DNA from: an uncultured Clostridia bacterium
GTDB lineage: Bacteria; Bacillota; Clostridia; Christensenellales; CAG-314
Assembly: GCA_934230325.1 (NCBI GenBank)
Contig: CAKQEP010000004.1
Coordinates: 21,840-85,839, forward strand
Reading direction: 5' to 3'
DNA length: 64,000 bases
Shown in pieces: positions 34,310-43,281 of the stretch. How positions within the stretch are numbered: position 1 is the stretch's first letter; each line of letters starts with the position of its first letter. The notes beneath the pieces are model-generated. The model searched no databases. It was not told the origin of the DNA and saw nothing but the letters and a program-made list of their open reading frames with translations. A program made the translations under genes and the position numbers.

Positions 34310-34532
34310 AACGGCAATAACAAAAAATAGCATTTCTTTTTTATGCAAACGACAGTTTGACTTAATTTCTTTTTTCTGTGATTACGGTATAATGTATTCA
34401 AGAAATAAAAAATAAGCCGAAATGAGGCACCGGTTTTGATATATCAAAAAATATTTTAAGAGCATTTGAAAAAACATTTAACATGAAGGGTATAATAACC
34501 GAGTGATTCAAGAATATTATTCCTTAATATAT

Positions 34533-34569
34533 AAAAGATAGCTTGCTTCTTTGAAGCAAGCTATCTTTT
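34533..34569. terminator. Perfect bidirectional terminator (ABC exporter gene; also the first hairpin downstream of typA)
   Basis: 17-bp stem AAAAGATAGCTTGCTTC / GAAGCAAGCTATCTTTT with a 3-nt loop. Confidence 0.85.
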
Positions 34570-34592
34570 AGTTGAGTAAAGTTCGATAAATT

Positions 34593-36206
34593 TTAACTCG
34601 GATTGTTATGTACTAATTTTGTGTCCTCAATTGAATAAATGTCTTCGCAAAAACTTAAGGCTCTTTTGTCGTGCGATATGATAATTACTGTTTTATTCGA
34701 AAAATTTTCTTTAATGAAGTTCATTATTTTACTCACAAAATTGGCATCTATGTAATTTATTGGTTCGTCAAATATATATAAATCGGCATTTCTATACAAT
34801 CCTCTTGCCAATTGGATCATTTTTGCTTCACCACTTGATACATTTGAACCACTTGTCTCAATAATTGTTTCTATATCGAAAAACTTATTGACAGTTATCT
34901 GTTTTATAAATTCCTCAGAGAATACACTTTTATCTTTTTTTTCATTTCCCAACGCAATATTATCTAATACCGAAGCGTTAATTAAATCAACAGAAGCTGG
35001 AATCAACGCTATTTTCTCCCTTAAAGCAGTAGGGTGTATATCTTTAATATTTTGGTTGTTGTATAGGACTTCACCTTCATAATCGATAATTATTCCTGAT
35101 AAGATATTTGCCAATGTAGATTTTCCAGAGCCATTTGCGCCTATTATACCGATTTTTTGCCCTTTTTCTATCTTTAACGTTACATCATTTAAAAGTATTC
35201 TTTCGTCTATGGAATAGAATAGATTTTTTACAATCAAATTATTTAGAGGAGATATTGAACTGACGGTGTAATTTATTTTATTATCGGAATCTGTTATTTC
35301 GTTAACTCTGTTTTTATATATTTTGTATTTTGTATAGTCTTTTGGGTAACCCAAAAAGAATTCTACTGGCACCCATAGTTTAGAATAGTACAGTGAAAAA
35401 GAAGTAAGCATACCTAATGTTATACTTCCGCCCAATATCATTCTGCCGCCACAAAAGTAAATAACAAAACTTGCCAAATTGAGCAATCCCGTTACTAATA
35501 GGTAGTCATAAACGGTTTCCAACCACATTTTTTTCTTTATTTTGTTCATGGTCATTCCCATTTCTTTTTTTAATCTATTTTCGGCAAATGCTGTGGAGTT
35601 GTTGGCTCTCAGCATATAATTATTATTGATAGTTTCTTCAAACTCCGTACTGATTTTTTCCTGAAGTTTTGTTATTTCTTTGGTGTATTTTTTTACCTTT
35701 TTACTAAAGAAAATTTGCACAATAACAAAGAGAGGAAAAACAGCCAATAATAGCAAAGTGTATAAATAATTTTGTAATAGCATTATTACGACCATACTTA
35801 TTCCGTAGATAATATTTGTAACAAACTTAACCTTTTTTTCTAAAATAAAAGGCCGAATTTTTTCCACGTCCTCGTTAAAACGTTGCAAATAAAACCCTGA
35901 CGATTGTTTTTGCAGTTTCTTATAATCGGTTATATTGATATGTCGAATCATTTGTTTTCTTTTTTCATAAATATAATTTTCTTCAATAAGAGCTTTTACG
36001 AAATAAGAGAAAGAAAGGGATACTACAAAGAGTACGATTGCAATCAAAAAAAACATTCCGTTTTTATTGATTAAGGAAATATCTTTTTGTATTGTTGCAG
36101 CATCAATCAACCTCTGTGTTATTATAGGAATTACAAGGCTCGCAATGAGATTGAATACAATCAAGACGCAATATATAATTTTTTTATGTATATCTTTTTG
36201 TTTCAT
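34593..36206 (-). CDS. ABC transporter, fused permease/ATP-binding half-transporter (type I exporter architecture), strongly AT-rich
   Basis: 537 aa. N-terminal ~300 aa with about 5-6 TM helices. The NBD has Walker A GANGSGKST, Walker B LYIFDEP and H-loop IISHD. The signature reads VSSGE (not LSGGQ) and the Q-loop position reads IPAS (no Gln). Confidence 0.85.
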   Translation of the reverse strand: MKQKDIHKKIIYCVLIVFNLIASLVIPIITQRLIDAATIQKDISLINKNGMFFLIAIVLFVVSLSFSYFVKALIEENYIYEKRKQMIRHINITDYKKLQKQSSGFYLQRFNEDVEKIRPFILEKKVKFVTNIIYGISMVVIMLLQNYLYTLLLLAVFPLFVIVQIFFSKKVKKYTKEITKLQEKISTEFEETINNNYMLRANNSTAFAENRLKKEMGMTMNKIKKKMWLETVYDYLLVTGLLNLASFVIYFCGGRMILGGSITLGMLTSFSLYYSKLWVPVEFFLGYPKDYTKYKIYKNRVNEITDSDNKINYTVSSISPLNNLIVKNLFYSIDERILLNDVTLKIEKGQKIGIIGANGSGKSTLANILSGIIIDYEGEVLYNNQNIKDIHPTALREKIALIPASVDLINASVLDNIALGNEKKDKSVFSEEFIKQITVNKFFDIETIIETSGSNVSSGEAKMIQLARGLYRNADLYIFDEPINYIDANFVSKIMNFIKENFSNKTVIIISHDKRALSFCEDIYSIEDTKLVHNNPS

Positions 36207-36265
36207 CTTTCGTTCTCCTTATTAAGGTATTTGGCCTTCAGCATAAATTGCGTCCATTTTTTCAT
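36203..36265 (-). CDS. Unannotated 20-aa ORF (MKKWTQFMLKAKYLNKENER) overlapping the ABC start codon
   Basis: AAAGGAGA RBS 7 nt upstream of the ATG at 36265. Its TGA stop overlaps the ABC ATG (ATGA). The ABC gene's own SD (AAGGAGAA) lies inside this ORF. Below the 60-aa cutoff of the supplied track. Confidence 0.45.
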   Translation of the reverse strand: MKKWTQFMLKAKYLNKENER

Positions 36266-36351
36266 AATTATCTCCTTTAAAATTTATTTTTCATAAAATA
36301 TATTTTGTATTAAATCATAGTAGGATTTCTTTTATCTGAAGATTTTTTATT

Positions 36352-36370
36352 CCACCGCTCCAAGCGGTGG
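36352..36370. other. GC-rich stem-loop CCACCGC-TCCAA-GCGGTGG in the sORF/ABC intergenic region
   Basis: 7-bp perfect GC-rich stem in an otherwise very AT-rich stretch. No U-tail on the minus (coding) strand; TTGCTTTT on the plus strand. Confidence 0.6.
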
Positions 36371-36387
36371 TTGCTTTTCGCTAAAGG

Positions 36388-36422
36388 CTACAAAACAAAG
36401 AGAGGAGCTGTTATACTCCTCT
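36388..36422 (-). terminator. Rho-independent terminator immediately after the 35-aa ORF
   Basis: Minus strand AGAGGAG TATAACAG CTCCTCT followed by CTTTGTTTTGTAG. The stem overlaps the TAG stop (36421-36423). Confidence 0.65.
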
Positions 36423-36528
36423 ATTTATTGGCAAACATCGATAAAAGGCATTCAAATAAATTGTTAATACACAGGCTTGTATTAACGAGATACGATATAT
36501 GTCGATTTCTCTTCATATATTGAATCAT
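36421..36528 (-). CDS. Unannotated 35-aa ORF (MIQYMKRNRHISYLVNTSLCINNLFECLLSMFANK)
   Basis: Hand translation of the minus strand. GGAGA RBS 5 nt upstream of the ATG at 36528, a consensus promoter ~30 nt upstream, and an intrinsic terminator overlapping the stop. Below the track's cutoff. Confidence 0.5.
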   Translation of the reverse strand: MIQYMKRNRHISYLVNTSLCINNLFECLLSMFANK

Positions 36529-36556
36529 AAAAATCTCCAAACTTCAACTACTTTTA

Positions 36557-36585
36557 ATTATATCATATCATATACAGATTGTCAA
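36557..36585 (-). promoter_or_regulatory. Perfect consensus sigma-A promoter driving the 35-aa ORF (and probably the ABC gene by read-through)
   Basis: Minus strand TTGACA (36585-36580), exactly 17 nt, TATAAT (36562-36557), with AT-rich UP-like sequence upstream. Confidence 0.75.
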
Positions 36586-36695
36586 TAAATTTTCATATAA
36601 AAATAATTTTAACTGTTTGATGGAAAAACTAATTAATTTAGAACTTCAATTGCTATTTTATAAACTCGTAAGGTAATGTTTTAATATTTAAGCAT

Positions 36696-36722
36696 AAAAA
36701 AGCGCTCGCAAGGGTGCTTTTT
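36696..36722. terminator. Weak A/T-flanked hairpin at the right edge of the AT-rich segment
   Basis: AAAAAGCGC (36697-36705) pairs with GTGCTTTTT (36714-22), with only 4 G/C-containing pairs including a G-T wobble. Could be a remnant terminator. Confidence 0.35.
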
Positions 36723-36818
36723 GCGTTAAGTAAAAAAAGACGGTTATCTAAAAAACGCGCTGTTTTTGTTTGTCAAGGTTTTCAACGTAAAAAATATTTA
36801 AAAAATTCCCTTTTTGTC

Positions 36819-36847
36819 TTGCAAAATATGGCGATATTTGTTAAACT
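36819..36847 (+). promoter_or_regulatory. Promoter of pyrG
   Basis: TTGCAA (36819-36824), 17 nt, TAAACT (36842-36847). Confidence 0.55.
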
Positions 36848-36858
36848 ATTAAAAGTAG

Positions 36859-38478
<1,620 letters not shown>

Positions 38479-38582
38479 ATTCGTCGTTTTGATGTTAAAA
38501 CAAAAAGCGACGCAAAAGTCAACGCCGACCAAAAAAGCGGCAGTCTGATTTTTTGATTTAAAGTTTTATATTGTAAAATATT

Positions 38583-38631
38583 CCCCAAAAGTTTTGCGGT
38601 TGAGGCTAAACTTTTGGGGTTTTGTCGTTTT
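38583..38631 (+). terminator. Rho-independent terminator after pyrG
   Basis: CCCCAAAAGTTT (38583-38594) pairs with AAACTTTTGGGG (38608-38619), followed by TTTTGTCGTTTT. Confidence 0.8.
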
Positions 38632-38733
38632 CTGTGGATTTTTTTGTTGTCTTTTTAAAGAATATATCGCGCAAAATTGCGCAAACTTTGGGATAAGGGA
38701 AAACAATCGGAATATTAAAGGGAATATTGTCTT

Positions 38734-39510
38734 ATGATTCACAAAGTAGTTATTTGCGGCATAAATACTGCATCGTTGCCTAAATTGTCGGCAGATGATA
38801 CAAAAAAACTTATCGTCGGACTAAAAAACGGCGATTATTCTTGCCGACAACAAGCCATAGAAGGCAATATGCGACTCGTTTTGTCGGTTTTGCACCGTTA
38901 CGTGCCGCGCGTGTGTAATATGGACGATTTGTTTCAGGTGGGGTGTATGGGACTCGTCAAGGCTATCGATAACTTTGACGTCGATTTAAACGTGCGATTT
39001 TCTACTTATGCCGTGCCGATGATTGTAGGGGAAATACGACGGTTTTTGCGAGAATCCAGCGCGATGCGAGTCAGTCGCGGAATAAGAGACGTTGCGTATC
39101 TCGCTTTGACCACAAGAGAACGTATGCGCGCGGAAGGTAACGACGAAGTTAGTATCACGATGTTGGCGCAACGAATGAATATGCCCGTCAGCAAGGTCGC
39201 TTTTTGTCTTGACGCAATAAACGAGCCGGTGTCGTTGTACGAACCGATGTACAGCGATGACGATGACGGCATAATGGTTATGGACCACATAAGCGACAAA
39301 AGCAATACGGAGGAGCGGTGGCTAAACAACGTTTCGCTTGCCGACGCAATCGCTCGGTTGGAGGAGCGGGAGCGCAGAATACTAAAAAAACGATTTTTTG
39401 AAGGCAAAACGCAGACGGAAGTAAGCGGCGAGATAGGTATATCTCAAGCGCAAGTATCTCGTCTTGAAAAAAACGCCGTAAACAATATAAGACAATATTT
39501 TGCCGATTGA
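38734..39510 (+). CDS. sigG: Sporulation sigma factor SigG-like (sigma-70 family, SigF/G group)
   Basis: 258 aa. ..KVVICGINTASLPKL.., ..GNMRLVLSVLHRY.., DDLFQVGCMGLVKAIDNFD, FSTYAVPMIVGEIRRFLR, GISQAQVSRLEK. Closely parallels B. subtilis SigG from memory. Confidence 0.8.
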   Translation: MIHKVVICGINTASLPKLSADDTKKLIVGLKNGDYSCRQQAIEGNMRLVLSVLHRYVPRVCNMDDLFQVGCMGLVKAIDNFDVDLNVRFSTYAVPMIVGEIRRFLRESSAMRVSRGIRDVAYLALTTRERMRAEGNDEVSITMLAQRMNMPVSKVAFCLDAINEPVSLYEPMYSDDDDGIMVMDHISDKSNTEERWLNNVSLADAIARLEERERRILKKRFFEGKTQTEVSGEIGISQAQVSRLEKNAVNNIRQYFAD

Positions 39511-39560
39511 GGTCATAATTTGCGCTTTTGCTTAATAAAATATCAGCGGAAGCAGCGATT

Positions 39561-39926
39561 ATGGAAATTTCGTATTGTGATTTAAAACAGAAAGAAGTCA
39601 TCAACGTCACCGACGGCAAACGAATGGGGCGTATCGTCGATTTGATAATAAGTCTTGATTCTTGTCGCGTTTTGGGCGTAGTTGTGCCGAGCGTAAAAAA
39701 ATTGTTCAAAAGCAAGGAAGACATTTTTATTCCGTGGAAAAATATTCGCAAAATAGGCGACGACGTAATTTTGATTTGTTTGACGGAATGTAATTTTGAC
39801 AACGCGATAAATCCAAACAAAAAACCGCCGCCACCGCCTCCGCCGCCGAGATATTATCAAACGGGAAGCGACGACGCGTTGTTTGCGGGCGCGACTTCCG
39901 TTGCGTTTAGCGAAGCGGACGAGTAG
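39561..39926 (+). CDS. YlmC/YmxH-family (PRC-barrel) sporulation protein with poly-proline C-terminal tail
   Basis: MEISYCDLKQKEVINVTDGKRMGRIVDLII.. is the YlmC/YmxH pattern. The tail is ..NKKPPPPPPPPRYYQTGSDD... Start set at the ATG at 39561. Confidence 0.75.
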   Translation: MEISYCDLKQKEVINVTDGKRMGRIVDLIISLDSCRVLGVVVPSVKKLFKSKEDIFIPWKNIRKIGDDVILICLTECNFDNAINPNKKPPPPPPPPRYYQTGSDDALFAGATSVAFSEADE

Positions 39927-40007
39927 CGCGCAATATTGCCGTTGGTTTGATTTTCTTTTTAAAAACGGCTTAACATATATTACGATTTAACCAAAACAAG
40001 AAAAATT

Positions 40008-40031
40008 AAACCCTGCCAAAAGGGTTTTTTT
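40008..40031 (+). terminator. Short terminator after ylmC-like gene
   Basis: AAACCCT (40008-40014) pairs with AGGGTTT (40021-40027), followed by a T-run. Confidence 0.5.
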
Positions 40032-40033
40032 TA

Positions 40034-40062
40034 TTGCAAAATCCTTTTATTTATGCTAAAAT
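40034..40062 (+). promoter_or_regulatory. Promoter of RluA-family gene, leaderless geometry
   Basis: TTGCAA (40034-40039), 17 nt, TGcTAAAAT (hexamer 40057-40062), 6 nt, ATG (40069). No SD. Confidence 0.6.
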
Positions 40063-40068
40063 AAAAAA

Positions 40069-40917
40069 ATGCTTAAAGAAATCATTTCACGCAATAATGC
40101 CAGAATATCCGATTTGATACGAGAACAAACCGATCTCGGTTTTTATCAAGTCAAAAAAATTATATCGGGCAAAAGCGTCAAAATAAACGGCAAGCGCGTC
40201 AATACCGACGTGACGGTAAAACAAGGCGACGTTATCTATATCTATATTAAAGATAGGGAAAAGGATAAAATAGATATAATATACGAGGACAAAAACGTTA
40301 TTGTGGTCAACAAACCCGCTAATATGGAAGTTGAAGGTCCTGACGGGCTTAAAGAGCGTTTAGAAGTCGCTCATGCGGAAAAAACGCTTTATCCCGTCCA
40401 TAGGCTTGACCGCAACACAATGGGACTTGTCATTTTTGCCTTGACGCCGCAAGCGCAAACCGAGTTGGACAAGGCTTTTAAGGAAAAAACGGTTTTTAAA
40501 CTTTACAACGCAATAGTGGTAGGCAAACCAAAGCAACCGTCGGCAACCTTAAAAGCGTATTTATTTAAAGACGCAAAAAAGAGCCTTGTCATTATTTCCA
40601 ACGTAGAAAAACAAGGGTATCTACCCATAGAAACGAGGTATCGTTTGGTCAACACAAAAGGGGATTTGTCCTTGTTGGAGGTTCAGCTTGTCACGGGACG
40701 CACGCATCAAATCCGCGCGCATCTCGCTTATATAAAACTGCCCGTTTTGGGCGACGGAAAGTACGGCGTCAATGCAATCAACAAAAAATACAAACAAAAC
40801 AGACAACTGCTTGCAAACGTTAATATGAAGTTTGCTTTCCCAAAAACAAGTCCTTTGGCTTATTTAAACAAGCACAATTTTAAACTAAACATGGATTTGT
40901 GGAGTTTTATAGGGTAA
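40069..40917 (+). CDS. RluA-family pseudouridine synthase with S4-like N-terminus
   Basis: 282 aa. ..YPVHRLDRNTMGLVIFA.. (catalytic Asp motif), ..GRTHQIRAHLA.. Confidence 0.85.
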   Translation: MLKEIISRNNARISDLIREQTDLGFYQVKKIISGKSVKINGKRVNTDVTVKQGDVIYIYIKDREKDKIDIIYEDKNVIVVNKPANMEVEGPDGLKERLEVAHAEKTLYPVHRLDRNTMGLVIFALTPQAQTELDKAFKEKTVFKLYNAIVVGKPKQPSATLKAYLFKDAKKSLVIISNVEKQGYLPIETRYRLVNTKGDLSLLEVQLVTGRTHQIRAHLAYIKLPVLGDGKYGVNAINKKYKQNRQLLANVNMKFAFPKTSPLAYLNKHNFKLNMDLWSFIG

Positions 40918-40995
40918 AGTTGTCAAAAAGTTTGTTTAAATACTTGCCTAAAAACGCCGTTTAATATATAATATCTGCTTGTAGAGGTTTTTAAA

Positions 40996-41871
40996 ATGAA
41001 AAAGTTATTCAAAAGCATTTTACTTGTTACGTTGGCAATCATGGTTGCTTTTACGTTTGTTGGCTGTTCTTCTAATTTTTTGAGCGAAGGCAAAATCAAA
41101 ACGCTTGGCAAAAAACTCGGGTTGGAAAAAACCGCCGACGGCAAATTTGTCAATCCTACCGCAACGATAACAATCAATTGCACAAACGTGGAAGCCGGCG
41201 GCAACTACGAGGTTACGCTTGTTTACGAGTTGCTTTTTGACAAAGCGCCCATCACGGTCAACAACTTTATTTATCTCGTTCAAAACAAATTTTATGACGA
41301 TACGCTTATGGATACGGTAAACTCTTCTTACAGCGTTTTGGGACGTTACTTTTTAAACGATTCCAACACTTACGAAGCAAAAGAGTACAAGTATACGATT
41401 AAAGGCGAGTTTATTTCCAACGGCTGGTCGGTTGACGGCAGCGAGGACGGCGCGGCAAACGCTGTTCACGAGTTGGGTAGTCTTGGTATGTATCACAAAC
41501 CTCAATCCGATACGGTAAACTATTTTGACTCTGCAAGTACTGGTTTTTATATCGCTTGGTCAAATTCTTTTGGTAGCAACGATACTATCCAAAACAAAAA
41601 CTATGCGGTATTTGGCAAAATAGTGGAGAGCAAAGTCAAGTTTGTCGGCGGCGACGCTTTGTCCGAGTCTTTTTATGCAGACGATACTTTCCGTCCCGGT
41701 ATTGACAGCGGATTTGTAAGATATATTACAAATATCAACACAACCACGCGTAAAGATTCTACGGGAGAAGTTACCCTTTCCGAAACTCCGTCTTCTACGG
41801 TAAAAATCAAAGGCGTCACTTTAAACGGAGTCAAAGGCGACGCAGACAAAACCCTTCGCAAAAAAGCGTAA
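40996..41871 (+). CDS. Cyclophilin-type peptidyl-prolyl isomerase lipoprotein (divergent)
   Basis: Lipobox ..FTFVGC|SS. ..KAPITVNNFIYLVQNKFYDDT.., ..GSLGMY.., ..NYAVFGKIVES.. parallel cyclophilin motifs by eye. Confidence 0.65.
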   Translation: MKKLFKSILLVTLAIMVAFTFVGCSSNFLSEGKIKTLGKKLGLEKTADGKFVNPTATITINCTNVEAGGNYEVTLVYELLFDKAPITVNNFIYLVQNKFYDDTLMDTVNSSYSVLGRYFLNDSNTYEAKEYKYTIKGEFISNGWSVDGSEDGAANAVHELGSLGMYHKPQSDTVNYFDSASTGFYIAWSNSFGSNDTIQNKNYAVFGKIVESKVKFVGGDALSESFYADDTFRPGIDSGFVRYITNINTTTRKDSTGEVTLSETPSSTVKIKGVTLNGVKGDADKTLRKKA

Positions 41872-41884
41872 AATGCGTTAATAC

Positions 41885-41909
41885 AAGCCCGCTTTATGCG
41901 GGTTTTTTA
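41885..41909 (+). terminator. Rho-independent terminator after PPIase gene
   Basis: CCCGC (41888-41892) pairs with GCGGG (41898-41902), followed by TTTTTT. Confidence 0.7.
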
Positions 41910-41966
41910 ATATGGCATTTTTTGTGAGTTTGCCGAAAGGCAACGTCAACAGATAGAGGATTTTTT

Positions 41967-43280
41967 ATGAGTAAACCTTTGGTTGCCATTGTCGGCAAAC
42001 CTAACGTAGGCAAATCTACGTTTTTTAATAAGGTATGCGGCAAACGTATATCTATAGTATCGGACGAAGCAGGCGTCACTCGCGACAGATTGTACGGCGA
42101 CGCCGAGTGGCAAGGTCACGAATTTTGTTTGGTGGATACCGGCGGCATACAGTTGAAAAGCGACGACGTTTTGCAGGTTCATATCAAAAAACAGGCGGAA
42201 ATTGCCGTTGACCTTGCAAAAGTCATACTTTTTTTTGTGGACGGAAAATACGGACTCACGGCAGAAGACGAGGAAGTCGCTCATCTTTTGCGCAAGACAA
42301 ACAAACCTTTGTATCTTGTAGTAAACAAAGTTGACAATTTTGCGTCTTTTGATATGACGGATTTTTATTCGCTCGGACTTGACGCTTTCCCCGTTTCGGC
42401 AGAACATATGCAGGGGATAGGCGATTTGTTGGACGAAGTAGTCAAAAATTTTGACCAAAACGAAACCGACCAAGCAAACGAACCGCTTAAAATAGCAGTT
42501 GTAGGCAAACCGAACGCAGGCAAATCTTCTTTGGTAAACAAATTGTTGGGGTATGACCGCAGCATAGTGACAAATATTGCGGGTACTACTCGCGACTCCA
42601 TAGATACGCCGTTTGAGTACAACGGCAAAAATTACGTTTTGATAGATACGGCGGGGATAAGGCGCAAACGCAGTATAGAGGACGAGAGTTTAGAGAGATA
42701 TTCCGTTATGCGCAGTCTTGACGCAGTACGTCGCGCCGACGTATGTTTTGTCGTGTTTGACGCGGCGGAAGATTTGACGGAGCAGGACGTAAAAATAGCG
42801 GGTTACGTGCATGAGCAGGGCAAACCCAGCATTATCGTCGTCAACAAATGGGATTTGATAGAAAAAGATACGTTTACCGTAGAAAAATTCAAAAAGAAGT
42901 TGACGTGCGACCTTGCGTTTATGGATTATTACAAATACATTACCGTATCCGCATTGACGGGGCAAAGGCTCAATAAACTTATGGAGATGGCTGACTACGT
43001 AAACGAAAAATCGTCTTTCCGCGCGTCTACGGGTTTGCTTAACGAAGTAATTGCAGACGCCGTTGCGGCTGTCGAGCCGCCGACAAAAAACGGCAGACGA
43101 CTAAAAATAAAATATGCGACGCAACCGACGACAAATCCGCCCACATTTGTGTTGTTTGTTAACGACGGCGAGTTGATGCATTTTTCTTACAAAAGGTATT
43201 TGGAAAACAATTTACGCAAGGCGTTTGGGCTTGACGGTACGCCTTTAAGGTTGATTATCAGGAGCAACGGAGACGATTAA
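41967..43280 (+). CDS. der: Ribosome-biogenesis GTPase Der (EngA), tandem G domains
   Basis: 437 aa. GKPNVGKST and GKPNAGKSS P-loops, two DTGG/DTAG motifs, KH-like C-terminus. Confidence 0.95.
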   Translation: MSKPLVAIVGKPNVGKSTFFNKVCGKRISIVSDEAGVTRDRLYGDAEWQGHEFCLVDTGGIQLKSDDVLQVHIKKQAEIAVDLAKVILFFVDGKYGLTAEDEEVAHLLRKTNKPLYLVVNKVDNFASFDMTDFYSLGLDAFPVSAEHMQGIGDLLDEVVKNFDQNETDQANEPLKIAVVGKPNAGKSSLVNKLLGYDRSIVTNIAGTTRDSIDTPFEYNGKNYVLIDTAGIRRKRSIEDESLERYSVMRSLDAVRRADVCFVVFDAAEDLTEQDVKIAGYVHEQGKPSIIVVNKWDLIEKDTFTVEKFKKKLTCDLAFMDYYKYITVSALTGQRLNKLMEMADYVNEKSSFRASTGLLNEVIADAVAAVEPPTKNGRRLKIKYATQPTTNPPTFVLFVNDGELMHFSYKRYLENNLRKAFGLDGTPLRLIIRSNGDD

Positions 43281-43281
43281 G

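Noticed and set aside
34434-34449. Reading TTTTGATATATCAAAA as an FNR box
   Set aside because: The half-sites TTGAT/ATCAA are separated by 2 nt, not the 4 nt of the FNR consensus. It is unrelated in sequence to the candidate sites next to the Crp/Fnr gene in this window.
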